This document shows, in pieces, positions 50,903 through 61,477 of a stretch of DNA of 64,000 nucleotides. The first letter of the stretch is position 1, and each line of letters starts with the position of its first letter. Where the stretch lies: the NCBI GenBank assembly GCA_965207375.1, contig OZ242274.1, positions 992,001 through 1,056,000 of the forward strand, read 5' to 3'. A model generated the notes under the pieces. The model was not told the origin of the DNA and did not search any database. It was given only the letters and a program-made list of their open reading frames with translations. The DNA is from Nitrosopumilaceae archaeon. Its GTDB lineage: Archaea; Thermoproteota; Nitrososphaeria; Nitrososphaerales; Nitrosopumilaceae. A program made the translations under genes and the position numbers.

Positions 50903-52270
50903 TTATTGCACGTACAGTGCAGCGTTTGATATTACTGTCCTCCATTTTTGTCCGTGTATAGTTATACCTGCAGCCTCTGCAGGCGTCTTGCCTCCAAGAC
51001 TCGAGTGAGGTCGCATGAAATTGTAATAAATATCACATCCTGCAAATATTGGCGAGTTTTTACTTTTAATGCCGCGTCTGGGTCGTTGTATAGCACGTAA
51101 TGTCCCGTTGAATCTTTCCTGGACATTGTTGTTGTTCTTTTTGGAAATTCCTGCATTTGATATGTGTGTGCAATGTTGATGTATCGCGTTTGGTGCAGCA
51201 TACACTGATTCAAATGCTTGTGCATATGAGGGCAGGCCATCGCTTACAAATTCTGTAGGTTTCTTTCCGGCACGGGCTGCTGCAGCTTTGAGTAGGTTTT
51301 CTGCATTGTGTCCGTCCTTGCAGTTTGCAACCTCCCATGCTAGTAAAAATCTGGTATCATAATCAGTCTCTGCAAAAAGATAATTTTGTTTACCTCTTAT
51401 TGAAATGTATTCCTCGTCTGCACAGAATCGATTGCCTGTATTAATTGAAAGTGACATCAGGTATACATACACCATTGTTACAAATTTGATTATCCATCTG
51501 TATATCGTAGATACACACACATACACTCCCTTTTGTGCTAGCGTGTCTTGTATTGCACTAGGTGTATGTCCCTTATAGTAGGCATCAAGTGCATCTAGAA
51601 TCGCCCATGATTCTATTCGTGTGTGTTCCATGCCGCCCCTGTACCCAAAGACACGATTGCAATTTTTGCATTGGTATCGTTGCGTAGTGCCATGTCTACG
51701 CTGTATATGACCATATTTTATGATGTGTTCGTCACCGCAATGCATACAGTGTGATGGAATCTCTATTAGAACTATTTCTGTGGTTTTTTTCTCAGTATTG
51801 TCATCTGCATCTTTGGGCTGTTTGTCCTGGCAAGGCAGCTTAGCTGCATCTTTGGATTGTTCATCAATTATTGTCTCTGCATCCCTGTCTACAGTATCTG
51901 CAATTACTGCTAGGATATGCTTGCATTGAGCCTGTCTGTATTTGTGATCTGGACAGTCACATGACCAGGAATTTTTTTTCTGTATCACGGTATATCTGAT
52001 GTTGTCCTTAGATTGGGACTGTACTGTGTAATGGTTATGCCTGACTTTTTTTATTGCATTTTGTGTTTCTAGTATTTTCAAGGCACGATTTCCGCGTCCT
52101 TGTGCACCCTTGCTCCAAGATACACGTGTACTCATCCATCTAGTAACTCTTGTCATTTTGTCAGTACTGCGCGTAAGCAGTACCGATGTCTTGTTTCGTA
52201 TAGCCTCAAATTTTTCGTGTAGTTTAAATTTTGATCTTGTATATGATTTTTGATATGTTAGTCCCATCAT
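50903..52270 (-). CDS. DDE transposase (IS6/IS240-like) with SWIM and zinc-ribbon domains
   Basis: CDCPD...CKH, CMHC...CKNC, STIYRW, ADE, SDG, NNVQERFNG and YNFMRPHSSL motifs. Confidence 0.88.
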   Translation of the reverse strand: MMGLTYQKSYTRSKFKLHEKFEAIRNKTSVLLTRSTDKMTRVTRWMSTRVSWSKGAQGRGNRALKILETQNAIKKVRHNHYTVQSQSKDNIRYTVIQKKNSWSCDCPDHKYRQAQCKHILAVIADTVDRDAETIIDEQSKDAAKLPCQDKQPKDADDNTEKKTTEIVLIEIPSHCMHCGDEHIIKYGHIQRRHGTTQRYQCKNCNRVFGYRGGMEHTRIESWAILDALDAYYKGHTPSAIQDTLAQKGVYVCVSTIYRWIIKFVTMVYVYLMSLSINTGNRFCADEEYISIRGKQNYLFAETDYDTRFLLAWEVANCKDGHNAENLLKAAAARAGKKPTEFVSDGLPSYAQAFESVYAAPNAIHQHCTHISNAGISKKNNNNVQERFNGTLRAIQRPRRGIKSKNSPIFAGCDIYYNFMRPHSSLGGKTPAEAAGITIHGQKWRTVISNAALYVQ

Positions 52271-53108
52271 TGCGAAATACGATGGGACTACATGTCGTGT
52301 GTATTTGGATCATGTGGGTTAACAAATTTTGAAAAAATGGTTAAATTTTTGATCTCTTTTACCGGTACAAAAGCAAATTATGCTGCAATTGAAGAAATTT
52401 TAGGCACGCGCAATCCGGAGAAAATTTGCATAGTGACTTTGACCAACAATTAACGCTGGAGAATCGTTTAAAGATAATCCAAAAACCGTGCCAATATATC
52501 TGCCCACTGGTTCTCCCCACATGAATGACATAGAGGGTAAGTGGGGTGTTACAAAATCTGAGATAAGTGATATCGTATATCAAAATATTAATGAATTCAA
52601 GGCAGGTCTATACAAGGCACTGCGTCACAATAACTATCCAACAAACATTTACCAAAAATTATTCAAGCGTCTAGATAATGCTGCAGAAGCATGTATCATC
52701 CATGCAAGACACAAACTTGGATCATGCTGATCTGTTTTAGTAACAAGTTACGCACATAACAAAATCGTATCATCTAATTGATATGGATCATTTCATAAAT
52801 TCGATCTGACACTGTACGTCTGTTTGTACTTGATTCTTATACAAAACATGTGATCGGCCAAGATATCCCAATACAATTGTGAATCCACTTTGTATGACTG
52901 AATTTTGTTATTTTATTTACTTGCAAATTAGTGCAGAAAAATAATGCTTTAGCTATATAGTATATGGGGGCATTATTTTAATCTAGTAAGATAAGGTGTC
53001 ACTTTGAAGCGACAGTCTATTTTACTATTTTAGTCAAACACAAACTTGTCATCAGGATTGACAAAATATTGAAAAATGGTCAAGGTCTTTGTAGATCTGT
53101 TGATTGTT

Positions 53109-53453
53109 TTAGGAATTTTTATGCATGAATAGTTCTAGCATGGTTCTTCCCTTGTCTGTAATTGAATAAATTACGTTTACCCCGACAGCCTCTTTTTCAA
53201 TAAAGTTGTAATCCACGCATAGGTGCAGGTAATTAAGAAATGACCTTTTCATTCTGATCTTTGATTTTGAATACAGCTCTGAAAACGTCATAGGTCCACC
53301 CCTTACCTGATACAAGAGTTTTAAGAGAGATAATGTGCTATAATCTCTGGCTCTTGCCTTTACGGCATCTAGGACTTGTTCATCACGCTTTATGATAAAG
53401 TCATCAAATTGATCTGCTACCTCTAATGGTATGTATGTGAGTCTTGCTTTCAT
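53109..53453 (-). CDS. Winged-helix DNA-binding protein
   Basis: MTFSELY...NYL...FIEK...YSITDKGR. Confidence 0.78.
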   Translation of the reverse strand: MKARLTYIPLEVADQFDDFIIKRDEQVLDAVKARARDYSTLSLLKLLYQVRGGPMTFSELYSKSKIRMKRSFLNYLHLCVDYNFIEKEAVGVNVIYSITDKGRTMLELFMHKNS

Positions 53454-53529
53454 ACTGTACAGTACCGTACTTTACCTTATTAACGTTAAGTTGATTTTTG
53501 TTGATCAATATGGTTGAATTTTGTACACC

Positions 53530-53931
53530 TTAATTGTGGAATTCTCTGAGTCCCTTACTTGTGGGGTGCAGTTCCACCTTTTGTCCCAACATTCCCTGCT
53601 TGTGTTCGACCCTGATCATCTGTCTTGATTCTAGATCCTGCAATGCTGCATCTAGCTTTTCAGAGGGCAGACCGGTGTATTTTTGGATACTCTCAAATGT
53701 TTTTGCACCTGCGATCATTTGTCCTAATATCATCATGTCGTTGCTTTGTAGTTTTGTCGATTTTGTAGGTTCTTGTGTATTTTGGACATTCCAGTGTCGT
53801 GTTGTCTCCTCTGAATACTCTTGCTGAATGGGTTGCCTCTCTCTTATCTTACGTATTATTCTAGGCAGTATTCTGACTAGAGGAATTGTAAGAAATATGA
53901 TGATGTACAACCATACAAATTCATTTGCCAA
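53530..53931 (-). CDS. Membrane-anchored winged-helix protein
   Basis: N-terminal TM segment, then ESIQKYTGL...L.DLE...TSKG. Confidence 0.7.
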   Translation of the reverse strand: MANEFVWLYIIIFLTIPLVRILPRIIRKIRERQPIQQEYSEETTRHWNVQNTQEPTKSTKLQSNDMMILGQMIAGAKTFESIQKYTGLPSEKLDAALQDLESRQMIRVEHKQGMLGQKVELHPTSKGLREFHN

Positions 53932-54081
53932 TTGTATGTGTTAATCCTAGAGTTGCATAAACCTATTGTTTAGAGTCCTTTAATCAGATAACACTCTTTA
54001 TGTTTGGTCTAGTTTAACTAAAACATCGATGTGCAAGCGATCATCGCTTAATATAATAACAGGAAAAAACGCGTAATTTTA

Positions 54082-54945
54082 TTGTCAAAGTACCAGTCTC
54101 CGAAAATGAATGTTAACATGGGAGCAGCCAAGGGCGCTGCAATTGGAATTCTTGTCTTAATTATTATAGGTGTAGTAGCATACTCGTCTGTGCAAATTGT
54201 GGATGCAGGACACCGTGGCGTATTACTGCACTGGAATGCAGTCGATACTAGTGTCCCACCACTTGATGAGGGACTGCATTTTGTCACTCCCTTTGCAGAT
54301 TCTGTAGTTAATATGGAGATTAGAACCCTAAAGTATGTCAAATCCACATCCTCTGCATCAAAGGATCTTCAGACCGTATCTACTGCAGTTACCGTAAACT
54401 ATCAACCTTCTCCTGAATCTGTGCATCATCTGTACAAAAATGTAGGACTTGACTATGAAAACAGGATCATTCAACCTGCAGTAGAGGAGGTAGTAAAGCA
54501 GGTCACTGCAAACTATAACGCCGAAGAGCTCATTACAAAACGACCTCTGGTAAAAGCAGACATTGAGCGCGAAATCACAATGCGTCTTAATGATTTTAAC
54601 ATTTTAACTGAGGTAATCTCAATTACCGATTTTCAGTTTTCTCCACTGTTTGCTGCAGCAATTGAGGCAAAGGTAGAGGCAGAACAAAAGGCACTAAAGG
54701 CAGAAAATGATCTTCAACGAATCGAGGTAGAAGCACGACAAAATGAACAACAGGCAAAGGGAATCGCTGCTGCAAACATTGCAGAAGCCTCAGGTGAGGC
54801 AGAGGCAATTCGCATAATCAATGACGCATTGGCACAAAATCCAAATTATCTGGAATGGCTCAAGACACAAGCATGGGATGGCAAGCTGCCTCTAGTTGTA
54901 GGTGAAGGTGGAACTCCATTTATCCAGATTCCTACAACTCCATAA
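54082..54945 (+). CDS. Prohibitin/SPFH (band 7) protein
   Basis: VDAGHRGV, EGLHF, SKDLQ, AEELITKR and WDGKLP motifs. Confidence 0.93.
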   Translation: MSKYQSPKMNVNMGAAKGAAIGILVLIIIGVVAYSSVQIVDAGHRGVLLHWNAVDTSVPPLDEGLHFVTPFADSVVNMEIRTLKYVKSTSSASKDLQTVSTAVTVNYQPSPESVHHLYKNVGLDYENRIIQPAVEEVVKQVTANYNAEELITKRPLVKADIEREITMRLNDFNILTEVISITDFQFSPLFAAAIEAKVEAEQKALKAENDLQRIEVEARQNEQQAKGIAAANIAEASGEAEAIRIINDALAQNPNYLEWLKTQAWDGKLPLVVGEGGTPFIQIPTTP

Positions 54946-54957
54946 TCAATTGGATTT

Positions 54958-55293
54958 TTAATCCTCTCTTATAGCATCATACATTGCTAGAAACTCGTCT
55001 GGGTCTGTCTGTCTGTATTGTTTTTCTAGATTTCTGATCTCCTTTTCTGAGAGTGACTCTCCCTTTTTCTTGTAAAACTCTTGTACAATCTCAAACGGTG
55101 TTTTTCGTATATTGTATTTTTTCAAAGTCTTATTTACAGAACTTTTGCACATGGCATCAAAAAAGGCGTATCTGTATACAAGATATCCTCCTAGTCCTAA
55201 TATTGCCACGATTACAATTGGAATTATGATAGCAGAGGCCATGATTATGTACGGATTTTTTAATATTTCATTGCTATTTGTTATTTTCGTCAA
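54958..55293 (-). CDS. Hypothetical membrane protein
   Basis: One TM segment and a charged C-terminus. Confidence 0.65.
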   Translation of the reverse strand: MTKITNSNEILKNPYIIMASAIIIPIVIVAILGLGGYLVYRYAFFDAMCKSSVNKTLKKYNIRKTPFEIVQEFYKKKGESLSEKEIRNLEKQYRQTDPDEFLAMYDAIRED

Positions 55294-55386
55294 TCCTGCC
55301 CGTATTTTATGCCTAGACCAGTCAAAAATTAGCTCTTATTGTTACAATGGTAAAAGAAGAGTAAAACGTCCACTTTAAACTAAACC

Positions 55387-56343
55387 TTGTTTGAAAATTA
55401 TCTCATGGAGCTTGCCATTAATGTACTTTTGACAGTTGTAGGCCTAGCCATGCTGTGCTTTGGAGGCAATTGGCTTGTGGGCGGCGGAGTAAACATCGCA
55501 AAGCGGTTGGGCATTGGCAATATGATAATCGGAATGACCGTAGTTGCATATGGGACCTCCACTCCTGAACTAGCAGCTAGTATGGCTGCAGCAGGTCAGC
55601 ATTCGCAGATTATTCTGGGAAACGTTGTTGGAAGCAACATTGCAAATGTGGGAATGGTCATTGGCATGTCTGCAATTCTGACCCCCTTACTTGTCAACCG
55701 AACCGGTATCAAAAAGGAGCTACTTGTCATGCTTGGTGCATCTGTACTGTTGATTGCATTATCTATTGATGGTGAAATTTCCCAATATGACGGCATATTG
55801 CTGATATTGCTTTTGATAGCGTTTACTGCTCTTATGTACCGCTCAATTAAAAAACAAAAAAACTATAATGAAAACAAGACAGATTCTTACTCTAAAAGAT
55901 TTTATCTAAAATCCTTTGGACTGTTGGGAATTGGAATTGCATTTTTGTATGTAGGCTCTGAGCTAACAGTTGATAATGCAGTAAAGATTGCCCAGTCATT
56001 TAACATATCAGAAAAAATCATCGGCATAACAATTATTGCAATAGGTACGTCACTACCTGAGCTTATCACATCTGTAATTGCAATACGAAAGGGTCACACC
56101 GACATTGGAATAGGCAACATCATCGGAAGCAACATTTACAACATTTTGATGATAATGGGTGTTGCATCAACACTTGCAGGTATTATGATAATTGATGCAA
56201 TTTATCTAGATTATATAATTATGATTGCATTTAGTCTGGCACTGTTTGCTGTACTAAAAACCGGCGTGGTTTCGCGTAAAATCGGAGCCGGACTAGCCAT
56301 AGCATATCTCACTTATCTGATAATGTCTTTTTTGTATCTATAA
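55387..56343 (+). CDS. Ca2+/Na+ antiporter (YrbG-like)
   Basis: Two GTS.PE...GN..GSN alpha repeats. Confidence 0.93.
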   Translation: MFENYLMELAINVLLTVVGLAMLCFGGNWLVGGGVNIAKRLGIGNMIIGMTVVAYGTSTPELAASMAAAGQHSQIILGNVVGSNIANVGMVIGMSAILTPLLVNRTGIKKELLVMLGASVLLIALSIDGEISQYDGILLILLLIAFTALMYRSIKKQKNYNENKTDSYSKRFYLKSFGLLGIGIAFLYVGSELTVDNAVKIAQSFNISEKIIGITIIAIGTSLPELITSVIAIRKGHTDIGIGNIIGSNIYNILMIMGVASTLAGIMIIDAIYLDYIIMIAFSLALFAVLKTGVVSRKIGAGLAIAYLTYLIMSFLYL

Positions 56344-56344
56344 T

Positions 56345-57688
56345 TTAGATTGAATTTACCATGATATCATCAAACCGTACCGTTGGCACAATTGAGGGCA
56401 ATGAATCCCACTGTTGCACATTTTTTACGTCATCTGCAATGTCTACAGTATCTTGCAACAGTTTTTTTAAATTGTGGATTATTCTTATCGGTCTTCCTGC
56501 TGCCTTAATTTTGCCATTTTCAATTATCTGAATTCCGCTTCTTGCAGTACATGAAAAATCCCCGCATATTGGGTTTAGTGCATATGTGTACCATAGTCTT
56601 CCGATTCTAATTCCCTTTTTTACATCTTTGAGTATATCCTCTTTTTTGCATGTGCTTTTCTCGATTCTGATATTGTGTGGTGCACAAATCGGATTTGGAT
56701 CCGCACTTGTTCCCATGGGTGAGCCTAGCCTGCTTGCATTTCCTGTAGGTGTAGAGTCAAACCTGTATGCATCATGAAGATTTGTGTACATATCTCTGAA
56801 GATGCCGTTTTCAATAAGAGCAAGTTTTTTGGTTGGAACTCCCTCGTCATCGATGCTCTTGGAACCAATGCCCTCTGCAACAAAGGGGTCATCAGTAATT
56901 GTAAGTATGTCTGATGCAATTTTCTTGTTTTGCTTTTCAGAAAAGCAGCTTTTTCTCTCCTCACATGTCTGTAGATTAAAGTTTGCAGCAAATACAAATG
57001 CTAGAATCTCCCCAACCGAATAAGGCTCAAAAATTATCGAATATCTGCCTGACTCTGTTTTTATCGGATTTTGAGATTCTAGGCACATGTTTTTTGCATC
57101 CTGGCCTATTTTTTGGGCGTCAAATGAATCAAGTGTCCTGCAACAGCTGTGTCCCATTCCTGACACCGTGCCTGAATCTGCGTTGATTATACCTGAAATG
57201 TATGAATTTTCATCCCTAAATTCTAGCCCGCTGCTGTTTGCAATTTCAAATGTTTCAGACACTATGTTCAACGAGCCTGTAACTGTAGAAATTTTTGCAT
57301 CTAGTGACTCGTTTATCATTGACTGTGCAATGTCTGCAGCACATCTTCCAGAAATATTTCTTAATTTGACATCAAATGTACTCTCCACCTTGGCCCTTGA
57401 TGCCTGATGCGGAAACTGCTTCCAAAATTCTTTTGGCTTTAGGTATTTTGTTATACTGGTACTGTCTTGCAGACATTTTGATATTTTATCTGGCTGTGTT
57501 TTTACAGAAAATATCTTTTTATCCTGAACTAGTCTGGCAGAGATTCCCTGATCAAAGATTTCTTTGATCTCTGCAATTTCAGAGTCAGTTATTCTGATGG
57601 TGGTGATCTTCTTTTTTGAATAAACTGCCTCTGCCTCTGATATGCCTAGTCCTTTTGCAGTGTGTAAGATGTCTTGACAGTACGACAA
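56345..57688 (-). CDS. TldD/PmbA family protein
   Basis: DDP, DDEGVP, LIENG, TGNASR and GDFS motifs. Confidence 0.88.
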   Translation of the reverse strand: MSYCQDILHTAKGLGISEAEAVYSKKKITTIRITDSEIAEIKEIFDQGISARLVQDKKIFSVKTQPDKISKCLQDSTSITKYLKPKEFWKQFPHQASRAKVESTFDVKLRNISGRCAADIAQSMINESLDAKISTVTGSLNIVSETFEIANSSGLEFRDENSYISGIINADSGTVSGMGHSCCRTLDSFDAQKIGQDAKNMCLESQNPIKTESGRYSIIFEPYSVGEILAFVFAANFNLQTCEERKSCFSEKQNKKIASDILTITDDPFVAEGIGSKSIDDEGVPTKKLALIENGIFRDMYTNLHDAYRFDSTPTGNASRLGSPMGTSADPNPICAPHNIRIEKSTCKKEDILKDVKKGIRIGRLWYTYALNPICGDFSCTARSGIQIIENGKIKAAGRPIRIIHNLKKLLQDTVDIADDVKNVQQWDSLPSIVPTVRFDDIMVNSI

Positions 57689-58945
57689 TTACTGTTTTCT
57701 GGGATTTTTGTATCTGTATTTGTCAATCTTTATCAAATCAAAATAAGAGCCAAACCGTCTTTTGTCTACCGTATCTAGTAATTCGTCTGTATCTTCGTCT
57801 TTGAACTCTTTTAGAATTTGATATTTCGTACTTCTTTGTGCAGGCACTCTTCCTATCTCTCTTACTGTCTGTCTGATTTCTTTTGGACGTAAAAGCTGCC
57901 CGTGTCCTGACCCTGCCGACGTTGAAATGCTCTCGTTGATTAGGGTGCCTCCAAAGTCGTTTGCCCCCCACATTAGCAGCAACTGTGCCATTTTCTGACC
58001 CTCCTTTACCCATGACATCTGAATATTGTCAATTTGATTGTTTAGCATTATTCTAGAAACTGCATGCGTCAGCAAAACATCTTTTGCACTGCTACCTTTT
58101 CTGATGTTTTCATGCATCTGATGCTTGTACATGGGAGCCTCTGCATGCACAAAGTTTAGAGGAACAAATTCTGTAAATCCTCCAGTCTCTTTTTGTATCT
58201 CTCTAATTTTTGCAATATGTTTTACTCTGTCCTCTGCAGTCTCTATGTGTCCAAACATCATTGTGGATGTGGTGTTTATGCCGATTTTGTGTGCAGTTTT
58301 TATTATATTCGTCCAGTCCTTTACGCTGATTCTTCCAGGCGAAATTTTATCCCTTATTTTATGATCAAGGATTTCTGCTGCTGTTCCAGGCAAAGTGTCT
58401 ACGCCTGCCTCCTTTAATCTGAGCAGATACTCTTTGATTGATACCTGTGATCTTGCAGCCCCGTACAGTATCTCCTCTGGTGAAAATCCGTGAATGTGAA
58501 TATCTGGAATTTCGTTTTTTATGGCCTTGCAAATGTCCTCATACAGGCCCGCATCCATGTCAGGCGGCAATCCTGCCTGTATGCAAACCTCGGTGGCACC
58601 TAAATCGTATGCCTCTTTTGCCCGCCTTACTACCTCCTTAGTTGGCAGAAAGTACCCTTGCTCTTCTCTAAAATCCCTGCTAAATGCACAAAATCCGCAC
58701 TGTTTGATACATACATTGGTAAAGTTGATATTTCGATTTATTACGTATGTCACGCAGTTTCCAACCCTTCTTCTTCTTAGTTCGTCTGCTACTAGTCCTA
58801 CTAGATGAAAATCACGTCCATTTACATTGTATAACTCTAGGCCCTCTTGCGGGGTTATCTCCTTTTCATCTAGGGCACGATTTAGTATGTGTGAAATTAT
58901 AGCATCTGTATTTTTAAGCAATGATTCAAGGTTATTTGCCTGCAT
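57689..58945 (-). CDS. cofH: FO synthase subunit CofH
   Basis: NRNINFTNVC...CGFCAF, PGTAAEIL, FTEFVPL and ESISTSAG motifs; next to cofG. Confidence 0.93.
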   Translation of the reverse strand: MQANNLESLLKNTDAIISHILNRALDEKEITPQEGLELYNVNGRDFHLVGLVADELRRRRVGNCVTYVINRNINFTNVCIKQCGFCAFSRDFREEQGYFLPTKEVVRRAKEAYDLGATEVCIQAGLPPDMDAGLYEDICKAIKNEIPDIHIHGFSPEEILYGAARSQVSIKEYLLRLKEAGVDTLPGTAAEILDHKIRDKISPGRISVKDWTNIIKTAHKIGINTTSTMMFGHIETAEDRVKHIAKIREIQKETGGFTEFVPLNFVHAEAPMYKHQMHENIRKGSSAKDVLLTHAVSRIMLNNQIDNIQMSWVKEGQKMAQLLLMWGANDFGGTLINESISTSAGSGHGQLLRPKEIRQTVREIGRVPAQRSTKYQILKEFKDEDTDELLDTVDKRRFGSYFDLIKIDKYRYKNPRKQ

Positions 58946-58947
58946 TT

Positions 58948-60120
58948 TTACCTCCAGTATTTTTCTCTGACATAATTTTGCTCATCTGAAATTTCTTCTA
59001 ATCTGTTCCTTAAATCCTCATCGACCCATGTAAAGTATTCAGGATACACCGGAAATCTGCATTTTAGGTTAAATCCTGCCTTTTTACATCTAGTCTCCAC
59101 CTTGTCGATTTGGGGCCAGGCAAACTCGGGGTTTACAAAATCTGGTGTTAGCGGAGATATACCTCCCCAGTCATTGATTCCTGTTTGAAGAAAACTCTGG
59201 TATGATACAGGCGACAGATTTGGAGGAATTTGTATATTCATGTGTGGCATGACTAGTCGTGTTATTGCAACTATGATCTTAAAATAATTCTCGTTTGCAG
59301 ACGGGTATTTGCTCATTGCAGTGTCTGGTTTTGGTTGAAAGTTTTGTAAAATAACTTCTTGAATGTTTTGATACTTGTCATGCAGATTCTTTATTGTTAC
59401 AATAGAGTCTATGGTTTCTTTGGGAGTTTCTCCTATGCCAATTAGCAGGCCCGTAGTCATTGGAATTGCCAGTCGTCCAGAGTTTTCTAAAACCTCCAGT
59501 CTTGTCTTTGGTTTTTTGCTTGCTGCTAAATAATGAGGCATATCCTTTTTGGTCAGTCTGTCACTTGCATTTTCTAGCATCAGACCCATGCTGACATTTG
59601 TTTTTTTGAGCTGAATCAGCTCATCTGTTGACAGGTTGCCTGCATTTGTGTGCGGGAACAGGCCTTTTTCTAGTGCCATCTCTGAGCAATGAGTTATGTA
59701 TTCTACAGTACTTGAGAATCCGTTTTCTTTTAGCCATCTTCTTGCCTCAGAATATCTGTCTTCGGGTCTTTCTCCTGTGACAAACAATGCTTCTACACAG
59801 TGATATTTTTTTGCCATATTGAGCAATTCTGAAACGCTGCGTTTTGACATTAGTGATAGTTTTTTTTCTCCAGGCTCTGCCTTGTATGTGCAGTATGAAC
59901 ACGAATCTTTGCACAAATTTATCAAATTAAAAAATGCTTTTTTTGAGAATGTGACAATTTTTTTTTTATTTTTTTTGCGTAGTTTCTGTGATACTTTGAA
60001 CAGCTCTGTTGGATTTTTTTGCGCCTCTTGAAAAATCGTATACCATGTGTCTGGTGATGTGCCTTTACCATCTAATACTTGATTCAAAGATTCTGAATTT
60101 AGAATCAGCTCACTCAACAT
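58948..60120 (-). CDS. cofG: FO synthase subunit CofG
   Basis: C...CSYC, PHTNAG, QEVILQNF, QIPPNL and DWGGISP motifs. Confidence 0.94.
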   Translation of the reverse strand: MLSELILNSESLNQVLDGKGTSPDTWYTIFQEAQKNPTELFKVSQKLRKKNKKKIVTFSKKAFFNLINLCKDSCSYCTYKAEPGEKKLSLMSKRSVSELLNMAKKYHCVEALFVTGERPEDRYSEARRWLKENGFSSTVEYITHCSEMALEKGLFPHTNAGNLSTDELIQLKKTNVSMGLMLENASDRLTKKDMPHYLAASKKPKTRLEVLENSGRLAIPMTTGLLIGIGETPKETIDSIVTIKNLHDKYQNIQEVILQNFQPKPDTAMSKYPSANENYFKIIVAITRLVMPHMNIQIPPNLSPVSYQSFLQTGINDWGGISPLTPDFVNPEFAWPQIDKVETRCKKAGFNLKCRFPVYPEYFTWVDEDLRNRLEEISDEQNYVREKYWR

Positions 60121-60153
60121 GAATCATGTCAAAATCAAGTATTTATTCTTGTA

Positions 60154-61278
60154 TCACGCATCGGGCCGCTCTTCTAAAACTATGGCAAAACTACTAGTCT
60201 GTCCATTGCGGAGTATCTCAAGCAGCATCTCATCACCTACTGTCTTTTCTCTTTGTAAATGAATCAATATGTCGTCTATTTTTCTTACCTCATTGCCATC
60301 GACTGCAAAAACAATATCTCCACCTATATGATATGTCTCTCCGTCTTTATCGATTGTCTCTGTTGCACCTTGAAGTCCTGCTCTAGCTGCTGGACTATCT
60401 TCTAAGACTGATATGATCAAAAATCCTCTTGTATCATTTAGATTTAAAACATCTGCATAATCGGGGCCAATGTCTACGCCTCTTACCCCCAACCATGGGT
60501 GCTTGTACTCTCCATTTGAAATTAAAACCGGAATTATTTTTTGTACCGTATTTGAGGGTACTGCAAATCCGACACCTGTAAACTCTCCTGTAGCTGATTG
60601 TATTGCAGTATTGATTCCTACCACCTCACCTCTCATGTTGATTAGGGGACCTCCAGAGTTTCCTGGATTAATGGCAGCATCTGTCTGTATTATGTCCGGT
60701 ATTGAGAATCCTGAGGCTTGAGGTAGCAATCTGCCCATCTGGCTTACAATTCCTGAGGTCATTGAACCTGAGAGTCCAAACGGATTTCCAATGGCTGCAA
60801 TTGATTCTCCAATTTTTAGTTTTGAGGAATCTCCTATAGCTAATGGGTGCAAAGTCGATCTTGTTGCATCTACTTTGATCACTGCTAAATCTGTGTCTTC
60901 ATCGGCTCCAATCAATTTTGCATTGTATGAGCGCCCATCCAAAAATGTAACGACGATTTTTTCTGCGTTACTTACAACATGTGCGTTAGTAATTATGTGC
61001 CCCTTGATATCATATACAAACCCTGACCCTAGTCCGGTTCCTGTGGTGTCTGTTGCTCCCTTTTTGACATTTATCTGAATTACTCCCGGCTCTGATCTTT
61101 CAAAAATCTGCACTAGTGACAGTTTGTCAAATTCTAAATTTTGTGCATTTGCAATAATGTCATCATTTTCTGTGATCTCTTGCTTTATGTCAAGTGGCGG
61201 AATCAATAGTATTGTAAAAGCAACTATTGCAATTGATGCTCCAAAAATTCCTCCTAAAACAAGACCTGATTTCTCCAA
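60154..61278 (-). CDS. htrA: HtrA/DegP serine protease with PDZ domain
   Basis: TNAHVV, DLAV and QTDAAINPGNSGGPL motifs plus a PDZ domain. Confidence 0.93.
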   Translation of the reverse strand: MEKSGLVLGGIFGASIAIVAFTILLIPPLDIKQEITENDDIIANAQNLEFDKLSLVQIFERSEPGVIQINVKKGATDTTGTGLGSGFVYDIKGHIITNAHVVSNAEKIVVTFLDGRSYNAKLIGADEDTDLAVIKVDATRSTLHPLAIGDSSKLKIGESIAAIGNPFGLSGSMTSGIVSQMGRLLPQASGFSIPDIIQTDAAINPGNSGGPLINMRGEVVGINTAIQSATGEFTGVGFAVPSNTVQKIIPVLISNGEYKHPWLGVRGVDIGPDYADVLNLNDTRGFLIISVLEDSPAARAGLQGATETIDKDGETYHIGGDIVFAVDGNEVRKIDDILIHLQREKTVGDEMLLEILRNGQTSSFAIVLEERPDA

Positions 61279-61477
61279 TGGTTCGTAGAGTAAAATTTTC
61301 TTTAAAAAGCATTTCTATACCTAGTTTTATTGGTTATAGAGACCTAATCTGAATTTTCTTTGTAAGGTGAGGTAATTTGATCAAGTGCAATCCACCTGTT
61401 CTTACCATTCTGTTTTTCATTCTTTTTTAAAACTATTATGTATAGACATCAAATCTAATACCTAGTTTAATTGTTTT

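Larger units (their letters stand above)
50682..52465 (-). mobile_element. IS6-like element (1784 bp) with 65-bp TIRs and an 8-bp TSD
   Basis: TSD GTTTAAAG at 50674-81 and 52466-73; TIRs 57/65 identical. Confidence 0.9.
49898..52730 (+). pseudogene. IS630 transposase with in-frame TGA (50591) and an insertion at 50682-52465
   Basis: LDEA, MDKASYH and, after the insert, YLPTGSPHMNDIE. Rejoins as WFKDNPKTVP. Confidence 0.9.
49817..52955 (+). mobile_element. IS630-family element carrying a nested IS6-like element
   Basis: 25-bp TIR TAGCTAAAGCATTATTTTT(A/C)TGCAC; TA duplication at 49815-16 and 52956-57. Confidence 0.9.

Noticed and set aside
52956-52970. TATAGTATATGGGGG as a casposon or viral terminus
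   Set aside because: No matching inverted copy at the island's left side, and no Cas1 or polB gene.
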